This document shows positions 15,855-25,038 of a DNA stretch of 32,000 nt, one piece after another; position 1 is the first letter of the stretch; the number at the start of each line of letters is the position of its first letter. The position numbers were made by a program, and so were the translations under genes. Origin of the DNA: an uncultured Nitrospiraceae bacterium. GTDB taxonomy: Bacteria; Nitrospirota; Thermodesulfovibrionia; Thermodesulfovibrionales; Dissulfurispiraceae. The notes under the pieces were generated by a model. It saw nothing but the letters and a program-made list of their open reading frames with translations. It made no database searches and had not been told where the DNA came from. The stretch spans positions 922,989-954,988 of the forward strand of contig CAVPIW010000006.1 of NCBI GenBank assembly GCA_963705105.1, read 5' to 3'.

Positions 15855-16541
15855 TCAGAGGGGGCGCCTCGTCAGGACGGATGCTTCCCTGCCGTTCTGC
15901 AGAAGGTCGAGCATCCTGGCGACGGACTCGTCATGGAGGCCTGCAATGTATTCCCTGTCGATGCTCCTCGCCCTCCTCCTGTTCAAAAGGGACAGCAGGA
16001 CGATCCCCTTGTAGATCCTCCTGTTCGTCTTGAAGGAAAATATGAACCGGTCGAGGGAGCCCTCGAGGAATAAATCATTGCGCTTCTGGACGGTCTTGCT
16101 GATGCCGATGAACTGAAGCCAGTGGACTTTGTCGATGATGCTGTCGGCCTTCAGCTCGACCCAGGTGTGACCGACGTCCCACTTCTCTTCCGTGAGCGTC
16201 TCGTGGGCGACCGTATCTGCCGCGAGGTGGCTCAGGTAGCCGTAGACGAATGATTTCGACGGCCCGTCATCGGCCTGATCGAGGAGGCGGAGAGCCACGT
16301 CCCAGCTGTGGGAGCTCCGCTCATCGGGAAGGTATTTCTTTCCCAGAATAATATCGGCCATGAGGTTGCCGTACAGGAAATCCTGCCTGTACTGCCTCAT
16401 CACCGCATAGACGGCTGCCGGGATGAGAGGGCCGTATGAAAAAAGCTCGCTTCCCAGGTAGAGGTGCGTCATCGGCCCCCAGGCCCATGCCGACGAGGGC
16501 AGAAGGATGATTGAGAAGAGGAGGACGAACGGCATCGTCAT
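15855..16541 (-). CDS. zinc-dependent phospholipase C family protein (secreted)
   Basis: Signal-like MTMPFVLLFSIILLPSSAWA, then WGPMTH..., HSWD, YLSHLAADTVAHE. ATG 16541 overlaps the pepA stop (ATGA) and has SD GAAGGAG upstream. The track ORF was trimmed from 16631. Confidence 0.75.
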   Translation of the reverse strand: MTMPFVLLFSIILLPSSAWAWGPMTHLYLGSELFSYGPLIPAAVYAVMRQYRQDFLYGNLMADIILGKKYLPDERSSHSWDVALRLLDQADDGPSKSFVYGYLSHLAADTVAHETLTEEKWDVGHTWVELKADSIIDKVHWLQFIGISKTVQKRNDLFLEGSLDRFIFSFKTNRRIYKGIVLLSLLNRRRARSIDREYIAGLHDESVARMLDLLQNGREASVLTRRPL

Positions 16542-18010
16542 GACGACATCTCCTTCAGAACGTGCAGCAGAAGCCTCACGCCGATTCCCGTCGCGCCCTT
16601 CGGGAGATAGGGTTTGTCCTTGTCGTTCCATGCCGTCCCGGCGATGTCGAGATGCACCCAGGGCGTCTCAGCGGCACATTCCTTCAAAAAATAGCCCGCA
16701 GTGACGAGGGACCCCGTCTTGCCGCCCGAATTCTTCAGGTCCGCCACATCGCTCTTTATGTATTCCTTGTATTCGTCGTACAGAGGCATCCGCCAGACCC
16801 GCTCCGATGTCTCTTCTGAAGCCTTCCTGATCGCATCCATAAGCGCCTCCCCCGTTCCCATCATGGCGATCGCCTCGTTGCCGAGGGCGACAGAGCAAGC
16901 TCCCGTGAGGGTCGCGATATCGATGACGGCCGCCGGCCTGGCATGCCGCAGGGCATACCCGATCCCGTCGGCGAGGGCGAGACGGCCTTCGGCATCGGTG
17001 TTTATGATCTCAATCGTCTTTCCCGCGATTGTCTTCACCACGTCGCCGGGCTTCGAGGCCCTCCCCCCGGGGAGGTTCTCCGTCGCCGGCAGGACGGCCA
17101 TGACATGAACGGGCAGCGCCAGCTCAGAGACGGCCTTGATGACGCCGAGGACTGCAGCCCCCCCGGCCATGTCATACTTCATCTTTTCCATGCCTTCGGC
17201 CGGCTTCAGGGAGATCCCGCCGCTGTCGAAGGTGATGGATTTACCGATGAGAGCGATGGGCGGCTTCCTGGCGCCCTTGTATTCGAGCACGATGAATTTG
17301 GGTGGCTCCTCCGATCCCCGGGCCACGGAGAGATAGGACTCCATCCCCTCGCGCTCCGCATCGCGGCGCTCCAGAACGGTCACCTTCACCTTCCTCCCCG
17401 CAAGTGTCTTCGCCGCCTCGGCAAGCACGCCGGGCGTCATGTCGTTCGACGGGGTGTTGATGAGGTCACGGGCAAAGTTCACCGCCGAAAGGGTTGTCCT
17501 GAGCCACTTCAGGTCCGGGTCTCCGCCGCCGAGGACGATGACCTCTTTGAGCTCCTTCGGCTCCTCCGGCTTCTTATACCTTTCATAGAGGTACAGGCCG
17601 AGGAGTCCGCCCTCCAGGAAGTAATAGACAGGTTTTCGGGCCGTCGGCTGAGCAAGGGTGATGCGCTGCAGGAGTCTCGTCGACAGGGCGACTTTCCCGG
17701 CGCCGATATCCCTCAGAAGAGTGAGGGCCTTTCCGCCGGCCTGCCGGAGTTTCTCCGGAGAGACCAGGGACTCCTTTCCGAAGCCAACGAGAAGAAGGCG
17801 GGCTGCGTTGAGGTTCCTGACATGGATCAGTGTGAGCTGGTTCTGCTTCCCCTTGAATTCGCGCGAGGCGATGGTCCGCCCGATGAGCCCCCCGATGACT
17901 GTGTCGATGTCTCCGTAGATGTCGGGGTTCGGGTCTTCGAAGCAGGGCAGGATGACCGCGTCCGCCCCTGTATCGAGTTCCGTGACGGCGTCAATCCTGA
18001 TGTCTGTCAT
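16538..18010 (-). CDS. pepA: leucyl aminopeptidase (M17)
   Basis: 490 aa with the NTDAEGRLALAD signature and VLPATENLPGG motifs. Confidence 0.93.
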   Translation of the reverse strand: MTDIRIDAVTELDTGADAVILPCFEDPNPDIYGDIDTVIGGLIGRTIASREFKGKQNQLTLIHVRNLNAARLLLVGFGKESLVSPEKLRQAGGKALTLLRDIGAGKVALSTRLLQRITLAQPTARKPVYYFLEGGLLGLYLYERYKKPEEPKELKEVIVLGGGDPDLKWLRTTLSAVNFARDLINTPSNDMTPGVLAEAAKTLAGRKVKVTVLERRDAEREGMESYLSVARGSEEPPKFIVLEYKGARKPPIALIGKSITFDSGGISLKPAEGMEKMKYDMAGGAAVLGVIKAVSELALPVHVMAVLPATENLPGGRASKPGDVVKTIAGKTIEIINTDAEGRLALADGIGYALRHARPAAVIDIATLTGACSVALGNEAIAMMGTGEALMDAIRKASEETSERVWRMPLYDEYKEYIKSDVADLKNSGGKTGSLVTAGYFLKECAAETPWVHLDIAGTAWNDKDKPYLPKGATGIGVRLLLHVLKEMSS

Positions 18011-18614
18011 CGTCCTCCCCCTGAGGTTCCCGGTGCCGTTTCAGCGGCCTGTTGAACTCGTTCATCGCCCCGTCGAGGCCCCGGATAATGATGGCAGTGA
18101 CGGCATCAACCGCCTTTATTATAGCATCTTTGACAAGGTCCTGTTCAGAGGGGGAAAACTTCGACAGGACAAACTCATGGGCGGGTGCATCAACAGTCCT
18201 GCCGATGCCGATCTTGACCCGGGCAAAATCCTTCGTGCCGAGCGACTGGATGATCGACTCGATGCCGCGGTGACCGCCCGAAGAACCGCTCCGCTTTATT
18301 TTGACCCTCCCGACGTCCATATCGAGGTCATCGTGGACGACGATAAGGGCTTCGCCGGTCCCTTCCCTCTCCCGTCCTGCTCTTCTCATGACGCCGAGAA
18401 CAGCCGCGCCGCTCCTGTTCATGAAGGTGAGCGGTTTCAGGAGGACGATGTCACGCCCGTCGACAACACCCCGTCCGAGGCAGTATTCCTGTTTTTTTTC
18501 AAGGGAAATGCCCCACTCCCCGGAAAGGGCATCGATGACCATGAACCCGACGTTATGACGCGTTCGTGCGTATTTCCTGCCGGGATTCCCCAGCCCGGCG
18601 ATAATCGTCATCAA
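17991..18614 (-). CDS. pth: peptidyl-tRNA hydrolase
   Basis: MMTIIAGLGNPGRKYARTRHNVGFMVIDAL... is the canonical Pth N-terminus. The gene overlaps the pepA start by 20 nt. Confidence 0.93.
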   Translation of the reverse strand: MMTIIAGLGNPGRKYARTRHNVGFMVIDALSGEWGISLEKKQEYCLGRGVVDGRDIVLLKPLTFMNRSGAAVLGVMRRAGREREGTGEALIVVHDDLDMDVGRVKIKRSGSSGGHRGIESIIQSLGTKDFARVKIGIGRTVDAPAHEFVLSKFSPSEQDLVKDAIIKAVDAVTAIIIRGLDGAMNEFNRPLKRHREPQGEDDDRHQD

Positions 18615-18632
18615 GGCCTTCGGACCGGCCTG

Positions 18633-19277
18633 TTAGCCTTCGGCCTCCTCTGCTTTCTTGCCCTTCTTGATAATTTCGGGCTCCGCCGTCTCCACCTCCT
18701 CAACAACAGGAGCAGCGGCCTCTTCCTTGATCGCCGTCACCGTGACGATAAGCTCCTCGGGATCGGTGAGCACCCTGATCCCTTCGGCGAGTTTCAGATC
18801 GCCCACATGAATGGACTGCCCGATGCCGAGGGGGCTGACGTCGACATCGACGTGGCCCGGGATCTTGTCGGGCAGACACTCGATCTCGATTTCCCGGATC
18901 CCGTGCTGAAGCAGCCCGCCGTCCCTCTTGACGCCGACGGCTTCGCCGCTCGTCACAATATGCACCGCGATTTTCAGCATCTCCGTCGCCAGGATCTCCT
19001 GAAAATCGACATGGATCAGGCTGCTCGTTATCGGGTCGATCTGGTAATCCTTCATGATCGCCTGCCGCGTCTTGTCGGCGAAATTGAGATTGACCACGAC
19101 CTGCTCCCCCCCGGACCTGCTGATAAAGGACGTCAGCTCACGCTTCGAGATCTGTATGGGTTGGGACGTCCCTTCCCTGTAAAGGACCGCGGGGATGACG
19201 TTGTTCCTCCTCAGGTCGCGCGCGGCGCCCTTGCCCTTTCTCTCCCTCTTTTCGACATCAAGTGTCACTCTTTCCAT
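18633..19277 (-). CDS. rplY: 50S ribosomal protein L25/general stress protein Ctc
   Basis: 214 aa, N-terminus RERKGKGAARDLRRNNVIPAVLY, acidic/Lys-rich C-terminal tail. It sits in the usual position upstream of pth. Confidence 0.9.
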   Translation of the reverse strand: MERVTLDVEKRERKGKGAARDLRRNNVIPAVLYREGTSQPIQISKRELTSFISRSGGEQVVVNLNFADKTRQAIMKDYQIDPITSSLIHVDFQEILATEMLKIAVHIVTSGEAVGVKRDGGLLQHGIREIEIECLPDKIPGHVDVDVSPLGIGQSIHVGDLKLAEGIRVLTDPEELIVTVTAIKEEAAAPVVEEVETAEPEIIKKGKKAEEAEG

Positions 19278-19309
19278 GTATCCTCCTCATGATCATTCAT
19301 TCGAGTATT

Positions 19310-19575
19310 ACCGTATCGTTGCATGGCTACCCCGGAAAGGCGGAGCGAAGATGCCACCGCACAAGTCATTAAGTCATTGAGTCATTAAAGTCATTGTCGG
19401 CAGTCGACAGTCGGAACAAGGTCACGAATACCAGGACGGCAGCGTCGATATAAAAACGATTCCTTTCACTGACACTGACACCCACACTGACACTGTTTTT
19501 CAGAGCCCTTTCACTGACACTGACACTCACACTGTCACTGTTTTTCAGAGCGCTCTGCCCTGTCTTTTCAGCGCC
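19310..19575 (+). repeat. MITE-like element, copy 5, with internal 45-bp tandem duplication
   Basis: Family sequence plus two 45-nt units (19464-19508 and 19509-19553) that differ at 3 positions. It lies between the rplY start and the prs stop. Confidence 0.9.
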
Positions 19576-19579
19576 CGCA

Positions 19580-20521
19580 TCAGACGAAAAGCGAGCTCAC
19601 CGACGACTCGTCGTGTATCCTCTCGATCGCGTCGCCGAGCAGAGATGCAACGCTCAGGACTTTAAGCTTCCTGCAAATGACGGCCTTGTCTTCAAGGGGA
19701 ATCGTGTCCGTCGCGATGACCTCCTCGAGAGCCGACGCATTGATCTTGTCGATCGCCGGTCCGGACAGAACGGCGTGGGTACATGCCGCAAGCACCCGGT
19801 TCGCCCCGCCTTCCTTCAATGCGAAGGCCGCCTGTGCCATCGTCCCGGCCGTATCGATCATGTCGTCGAGAATGACGGCGTCTTTCCCCCGGACGTCGCC
19901 GATGACGTGCATCACCTTTGACACATTGGCTGCCTCCCGTCGCTTGTCGATGATGGCGAGATGGGCGTCGAGCCTCTTCGCAAAGGCCCTGGCACGCTCC
20001 ACACCTCCCGCGTCGGGCGAGACGACGACGAGGTCCCTGTATTCACCCCGCTTGATAAACTCGAGCAGGACCGGCGCCGCATAGAGATGATCGACAGGTA
20101 TGTTGAAGAAGCCCTGGATCTGCCCGGCATGGAGATCGATCGTCAGGATCCGGTGCGTCCCCGCCGCTGTGAGAAGATCGGCGATCAGCTTCGACGTGAT
20201 CGGTACCCTGGGCTGGACCTTCCTGTCCTGACGCGCATACCCGTAATAAGGAATGACGGCGGTGATCCTCCGGGCCGAGGCCCTCTTCAGGGCGTCGATC
20301 ATGATAAGCAGTTCCATGATGTTCGTATTCACGGGCGTGCAGGTGGACTGGATGACGAAAACGTCGTAGCCGCGGATGTTCTCGTTGATCTGGACCTGGA
20401 TCTCTCCGTCGCTGAACGTGTTGACCATCGCGTCCGCAAGGGGTATCCCAAGGTGCTTGCTCACCTTCAGGGCGAGGGCTCCGTTCGAATTACCGGTCAA
20501 CAACTTAATGCCGTTTGCCAT
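19580..20521 (-). CDS. prs: ribose-phosphate pyrophosphokinase
   Basis: [20 protein letters not shown]..., [34 protein letters not shown] lies before ATG 20521. The track ORF was trimmed from 20545. Confidence 0.93.
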   Translation of the reverse strand: MANGIKLLTGNSNGALALKVSKHLGIPLADAMVNTFSDGEIQVQINENIRGYDVFVIQSTCTPVNTNIMELLIMIDALKRASARRITAVIPYYGYARQDRKVQPRVPITSKLIADLLTAAGTHRILTIDLHAGQIQGFFNIPVDHLYAAPVLLEFIKRGEYRDLVVVSPDAGGVERARAFAKRLDAHLAIIDKRREAANVSKVMHVIGDVRGKDAVILDDMIDTAGTMAQAAFALKEGGANRVLAACTHAVLSGPAIDKINASALEEVIATDTIPLEDKAVICRKLKVLSVASLLGDAIERIHDESSVSSLFV

Positions 20522-20622
20522 GCATACCTCCGGGAAATATTCCATATCACACCGGCACGACGCCCCTTCTCATTCCGTCCTGATCCGGACAAAGAAATAT
20601 GAAGCGCTGCCTGCCTGATCAA

Positions 20623-20694
20623 CTGGGGCGCCAGGATTCGAACCTGGGAATGGCAGATCCAAAATCTGCTGACTTGCCGCTTGTCGACGCCCCA
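20623..20694 (-). tRNA. tRNA-Gln (anticodon UUG)
   Basis: The reverse complement reads TGGGGCG...GCAGA-TTTTGGA-TCTGC...GGTTCGAATCC...CGCCCCAG. It has a 7-bp acceptor stem, a TTG anticodon in a 7-nt loop and a T-loop GTTCGAATC, and is closely similar to E. coli tRNA-Gln. CCA is not encoded. Confidence 0.9.
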
Positions 20695-20752
20695 TATAGT
20701 CGTCTGGAACACGCGATATGCCCCGTGATCAACATCGGGACATCTCCGGCCC

Positions 20753-21619
20753 TCACAGGGACCGGTCCGTCAGGGTTTTCACCACCCTGCTCCAGCAGTC
20801 GGGGAACCTCCCCGCCGCCCTGCCCGCATCTTCGCTGCTGTCGAAAAGGCCGAAAAGGGCGGACCCGCTGCCGCTCATGAGGGCAGCCGCAGCGCCCGCA
20901 TCGAGAAGCCGCTTCTTCAGATCCCCGGCGACGGGATGGTCGTCGAAGACGGTCTCTTCAAAGTCATTGTGCAGCAGGGATGCCAGGCGGGACCTGTCCC
21001 GCGATTCAATGTACCGGTAAAGTAAGTTGATATTATGATATTCATCCCTTTTGTTTGTCAACGCAGCCGGCCCCCTGTTCAGCCTCCGGTAAGCCTCCGC
21101 CGTCGACACGGACAGGGCCGGTTTGACGATCAGGAGATCATATGATACGGTAGCCGGCAGCGGCTCCAGTTTCTCCCCCCTCCCTGCCGCGATCGCGAGA
21201 GGGCCGGCCATGAAGAACGGCACGTCCGAACCGAGTGACGCCCCGAGGGCCATGAGCTCCGGATCGGGCAGGGACAAGCCCCACAGGGCGTTCAGCCCCC
21301 GGAGAGTCGTCGCCGCATCGCTGCTCCCGCCGCCCAGCCCCGCGCCGGCGGGGATCTCCTTTCGCAGTGTGATCCGCGCGCCTTCGCGACAACCCGTGTA
21401 TTCCCGCAGCGCCCGGGCGGCCCGGCAGACGAGATTGTCCTCTGCAGGCAGCGCCATGTCCGACTCCAGGTGAAACGTGCGGGAGGGCAGAAAGATCAGG
21501 ACATCGCTGAGACTGACGCGCTGCATCAGGGACAGGATATCGTGATATCCGTCATCCCGCCTGCGCAGAACGTAGAGGGTCCAGTTTATTTTTGCGGGTG
21601 CTTCGAGCGTCAGGGTCAT
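20753..21619 (-). CDS. ispE: 4-diphosphocytidyl-2-C-methyl-D-erythritol kinase
   Basis: APAKINWTLYVLRRRDDGYHDI..., GHMP kinase motif IPAGAGLGGGSSDAA. Confidence 0.9.
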   Translation of the reverse strand: MTLTLEAPAKINWTLYVLRRRDDGYHDILSLMQRVSLSDVLIFLPSRTFHLESDMALPAEDNLVCRAARALREYTGCREGARITLRKEIPAGAGLGGGSSDAATTLRGLNALWGLSLPDPELMALGASLGSDVPFFMAGPLAIAAGRGEKLEPLPATVSYDLLIVKPALSVSTAEAYRRLNRGPAALTNKRDEYHNINLLYRYIESRDRSRLASLLHNDFEETVFDDHPVAGDLKKRLLDAGAAAALMSGSGSALFGLFDSSEDAGRAAGRFPDCWSRVVKTLTDRSL

Positions 21620-21645
21620 CGATCCTGAGGAAACGGGAGAGGGGC

Positions 21646-23412
21646 TCAGCGCTCCCCGGATTGACGAAGCTCCTTCAGCTTCTGCTCGACCCGGTCTTTC
21701 AGCCCCTCCTCCTTCTCGTGCTGGCGGAGGGACTTTTCATAACTTTCGATCGCCTTCGCGGGATCTCCCAGGGTCTTGTACACATCGCCGAGATGCTCAA
21801 AGAGAACGGGGTCGTCCTTCACCAGCTCCTGGGCGCGCAGCAGGGTCTTGAGAGCGTCGTCATGCCTCCCGAGCCTGAAATAGACCCAGCCGAGACTGTC
21901 GATGATGTACCCGCTGTCCGGCTTCAGATCAAGGGCCCGCTGAATGAGGGCAAGGGCTTCCTCGAGGTTGATCCCCTTGTCCGCATAGGAATAGCCGAGA
22001 TAGTTGAGGGCATCGGCATGCTTCGGGTTCAGCTCGATCGTCTTTTTGAGTGTGGCCACCAGCTCATCGAACTTCCCCGTTTTTTCATACACGACGGCCA
22101 TGAGAAAGTTGAGCTCGTCATTGTCGGGGAACTTTCCGAGCGCTCCCGTCACCACCTCACCGGCCTTGCCGTAGTCCTTGAGCGATATGTATGCATTCGC
22201 CAGAAAGGCATAGATATCAGGTTTATCCTTCTCGAAGGTGAGCACCTCCTCGTAAATCCGTGCCGCTTCAGCGTACTTGTTCTGCTTGCCATAGACCGAA
22301 GCCAGGGTGAGAAAAGCGCTCACATTTTTCGGATCTGCAGCAAGGATTTTTTTCAGTTCCGCCGCCGCCTCTTCATATCGCTGCAGCTCGGCCAGGACAA
22401 GGGCGAGGTAATACCGGGCCGACGCGTTGTCCGGGCGGGCTTCGAGTACGAGCCTGAACTCGTCGATCGCCTTGTCGAACTGGTTCTCCTGGACATACAG
22501 GAGGCCCAGCCGCTGGTGCAGGTCGATGTTCAGAGGCATGTCCTTCGCCGCCTCTTCGAGCTCCCTGATCGCCTTTTCGTAAGACTTGTCGGCCACGTAA
22601 AGCTGGGCGAGACGCTCCCGGGCATAGAGATTGTGAGGGTTGACGACAAGCACCTTCTTGTAATACTCCTCAGCCTCAGCGGGTTTGCCCCTGAGCTCGT
22701 TGATTATGCCGAGATTGAAATAGGCGGCATCGAAGGAGGGGTTGATCCCGATGATGGTGATGAAGCGCTCTTCAGCCTTTTGATATTTCTTGTCCTCGAG
22801 ATCCATCGAACCGAGGTAATACAGGGCCATGATATTTTCAGGCTCCTTTACGAGCACGTCGTCGAAGACCGCCCGGGCCTTCCCGCTCTCCCTTTTCGTC
22901 GCGTACATCGCGCCGAGATGGAGCCTCGCATCTATCCTCTCAGGGTCTTTTGAGATCACCTTTTCGTAGAGTGGAATCGCTTCGTCGAGCTTCTTCTGTG
23001 AGCCGTAGAGCTCGGCCAGCAGCATGAGGGCCGGGATGTGATCGGACGTCTCCTGCAGGACCTTCTCGAGTCCCGCGACGGCGTCCGATATCCTGCCCAG
23101 CTTGACGTACATCCGGCAGATCTGCGTCTTGACATGAGCTGACGACGGATCGATCTCGAGCACCTTCCCGTAATGTTCCAGGGCCGCCTCCCACTTCCCC
23201 CTGATCTCCGCTTCATATCCCAGAAAGTATTCGAGATAGGCCGACTGCACGTACTTCTCCGCTGTGTCAGAGCGCTGCGGTTTCGTTATTTCGGCATAAA
23301 AAGCGAAGACGGGGCCGCTCTGTGCAGTCAGAATGACGGACAGAAAGAGGGACAGCGAGACGATATATGCAGACATCAATAGTCTTCTCCGGCGAAAGGA
23401 TTGATCTATCAT
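21646..23412 (-). CDS. TPR-repeat protein with N-terminal signal/anchor
   Basis: 588 aa of repeated 34-aa TPR-like units (…A..Y..vL..dP.n..A...La.lY…). N-terminus MIDQSFRRRRLLMSAYIVSLSLFLSVILTAQS. An alternative start is at 23376 (SD GGAGAAG). Confidence 0.85.
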   Translation of the reverse strand: MIDQSFRRRRLLMSAYIVSLSLFLSVILTAQSGPVFAFYAEITKPQRSDTAEKYVQSAYLEYFLGYEAEIRGKWEAALEHYGKVLEIDPSSAHVKTQICRMYVKLGRISDAVAGLEKVLQETSDHIPALMLLAELYGSQKKLDEAIPLYEKVISKDPERIDARLHLGAMYATKRESGKARAVFDDVLVKEPENIMALYYLGSMDLEDKKYQKAEERFITIIGINPSFDAAYFNLGIINELRGKPAEAEEYYKKVLVVNPHNLYARERLAQLYVADKSYEKAIRELEEAAKDMPLNIDLHQRLGLLYVQENQFDKAIDEFRLVLEARPDNASARYYLALVLAELQRYEEAAAELKKILAADPKNVSAFLTLASVYGKQNKYAEAARIYEEVLTFEKDKPDIYAFLANAYISLKDYGKAGEVVTGALGKFPDNDELNFLMAVVYEKTGKFDELVATLKKTIELNPKHADALNYLGYSYADKGINLEEALALIQRALDLKPDSGYIIDSLGWVYFRLGRHDDALKTLLRAQELVKDDPVLFEHLGDVYKTLGDPAKAIESYEKSLRQHEKEEGLKDRVEQKLKELRQSGER

Positions 23413-23432
23413 GGACAGATCTTCAGCCCTGC

Positions 23433-23464
23433 AGAAAAAGAAGAGGGGTCTCGACGAGACCCCC
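23433..23464 (-). terminator. intrinsic terminator of the mini-gene
   Basis: The minus strand reads GGGGTCT-CGTCG-AGACCCC followed by TCTTCTTTTTCT. It starts 24 nt after the mini-ORF stop. Confidence 0.75.
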
Positions 23465-23487
23465 GATGTAATCCAAAGCCCCGGTGT

Positions 23488-23550
23488 TTAGCAGGAGCTC
23501 TTGCACTTGCAGGTTGTTGATACCTTCTTTGAAACTTTCCTGATCACCAT
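23488..23550 (-). CDS. 20-aa Lys/Cys-rich small ORF MVIRKVSKKVSTTCKCKSSC (candidate small protein or RiPP precursor)
   Basis: Too short for the ORF track. ATG 23550 has GGAGGTG 12 nt upstream, its own extended -10 promoter, and a terminator right after the TAA at 23488-23490. Confidence 0.4.
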   Translation of the reverse strand: MVIRKVSKKVSTTCKCKSSC

Positions 23551-23605
23551 GTTGACTCTTCACCTCCCCTTCAAAGGGAATACGAAGGCTTCATGCCCCG
23601 CTGAC

Positions 23606-23614
23606 ATTATACCA
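23606..23614 (-). promoter_or_regulatory. extended -10 promoter TGGTATAAT
   Basis: The minus strand reads ...GATTTATGGTATAATGTCAGC..., a perfect TATAAT with an upstream TGn. The -35 position coincides with the edge of MITE copy 6. Confidence 0.5.
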
Positions 23615-23632
23615 TAAATCAGGTTCTTCTTT

Positions 23633-23855
23633 ACCTTATCGCTGCAATACATTCCCGGGAAAGGCGGAGCGAAGATGCCACCGCAAGAGTCATTAAGTCA
23701 TTGAGTCATTAAAGTCATTGTCGGCAGTCGACAGTCGGAACAAGGTCACGAATACCAGGACGGCAGCGTCGATATAAAAACGATTCCTTTCACTGACACT
23801 GACACTCACACTGACACTGTTTTCAGAGTGCTTCGCCCCGCCTTTTCATGCAACG
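23633..23855 (+). repeat. MITE-like element, copy 6
   Basis: Full-length copy. Its right terminal repeat CTTCGCCCCGCCTTTTCATGCAACG ends 8 nt from the radical SAM stop codon (23863-23865). Confidence 0.92.
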
Positions 23856-23862
23856 CCCCGGA

Positions 23863-25038
23863 TCATGCCGGAAAATCCTTGAGCCCGTAAGCGGAGCATT
23901 TGTAAGGATCGCGTCTCCCCTGCCCCAAAGATGTCTCCGCCCTGAAACGGCAGCCCCCACGGCATACATCGATGTGGCCGCAGGAGATGCGCGCACATTC
24001 CAGCTCATCGAGACGGACGGGACTGACCCGGCCCCACGCTGCGCGGAGCCCCCCGCTTACCTTCCCTGCCGGTTTGTCCCCGTAGAAGGCGCATTTGGCG
24101 ACCGTTCCGTCCGCCAGGACCGAGGCGAGATGGAGACCGCAGCCGTAACCTTTACCGCCGCCATGGAGCCCTCCCCCGAATCCATAGGAAAAATAAGGGC
24201 CGGCGATCTCGGGAGGGACCTGGAAGAGCGCGTTTTCAGCGAAGCTTCCCGAGACGCAGGGGACATCGACGGTCCAGTCCCTGATGCCCATGCCCCTGAA
24301 AAGGAGATCCATTCCGTCGAATTCCTCCAGGTTTTCCCGGTGCACCATCGTGGCGACCGAGACGGACATCCCTTCAGAAAGGGCGTCACCGATCCTGTCC
24401 ATCACCTTACCGTATGTCCCCTTCCCCCTCAGGGCCTCGTGGCCGTGCTCCATGCCGTCGACACTGAACTGGATCTCGTCGACGTTGAGCCCCCTGATGA
24501 GGTCCTTCCGGAGCAGGAGACCGTTTGTAAAGAGGACCTTCCTGAAGGCGTAAAACGGCAGATCGTTGTTGAACTCCTGAAAGCTGCTGTGCAGGAGGGG
24601 CTCACCGCCGCTGATGAGGAGCCGCAGCCCCTGCATCTCCTCGAATTCGCGGAGCACGCGACGCAATGAGTCGATGGGGAGTTCTCTGTCCGAAGGCTTT
24701 CCGATGTAACAATGCCTGCACCGGAGGTTGCACTTCGTCGTGATCTGGAGCTCGAGGTACCGCAGGGACGGGACGGGGGATTTCAGCAGAGGCGGTCTCC
24801 TGACGGCAACACGCCTCTCCGTCAGCAGGCCCTCGGAAAGACAGTCGTCGATAAAAGACCGGTCGGCCTGCGAGCCGTCGCACCCTTCGTCGGAGGCGCA
24901 TCCCTGCAGGAAGGAGAAGGCACTGTCGTCGACCTCATAGAGTTCGTCATTCTCAATATCATAGACAGAGGGTTCTTCAAGCCGTTTAAGGGCACATCTG
25001 TCTGAAAGATAGTATCGCACCATGTATTCTACCATCAT
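23863..25038 (-). CDS. radical SAM/SPASM domain protein with N-terminal PqqD/RRE-like extension (peptide-maturase-like)
   Basis: CNLRCRHC (CxxxCxxC) follows a ~95-aa N-terminal region. C-terminal Cys cluster: GCGLHLASVLADGTVAKC, CARISCGHIDVCRGGC and YKC, a SPASM-like pattern. Confidence 0.85.
   Translation of the reverse strand: MMVEYMVRYYLSDRCALKRLEEPSVYDIENDELYEVDDSAFSFLQGCASDEGCDGSQADRSFIDDCLSEGLLTERRVAVRRPPLLKSPVPSLRYLELQITTKCNLRCRHCYIGKPSDRELPIDSLRRVLREFEEMQGLRLLISGGEPLLHSSFQEFNNDLPFYAFRKVLFTNGLLLRKDLIRGLNVDEIQFSVDGMEHGHEALRGKGTYGKVMDRIGDALSEGMSVSVATMVHRENLEEFDGMDLLFRGMGIRDWTVDVPCVSGSFAENALFQVPPEIAGPYFSYGFGGGLHGGGKGYGCGLHLASVLADGTVAKCAFYGDKPAGKVSGGLRAAWGRVSPVRLDELECARISCGHIDVCRGGCRFRAETSLGQGRRDPYKCSAYGLKDFPA

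Noticed and set aside
16943-19292. 370-aa and 457-aa plus-strand ORFs (16943-18055 and 17919-19292) opposite pepA, pth and rplY.
   Set aside because: They are antisense to three strongly supported housekeeping genes and have a biased Arg/Pro/Gly/Asp composition. They are shadow frames.
21592-22953. 453-aa plus-strand ORF opposite the TPR gene.
   Set aside because: It is antisense to a clear TPR-repeat protein. Its Leu/Glu/Arg-rich mirror composition is expected from reading the TPR codons backwards.
23488-23550. Reading the 20-aa ORF as a truncated ribosomal protein L36 paralogue (M-x-[VI]-R-x-x-x-K-K...C..C-K resemblance) or as an attenuation leader peptide for the downstream TPR-ispE genes.
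   Set aside because: It lacks the second half of the L36 zinc ribbon and is half the length. As a leader peptide, its Cys/Lys/Ser-rich codons have no logical link to the downstream genes, and no anti-terminator alternative pairing was evident. Both readings are kept only as alternatives.
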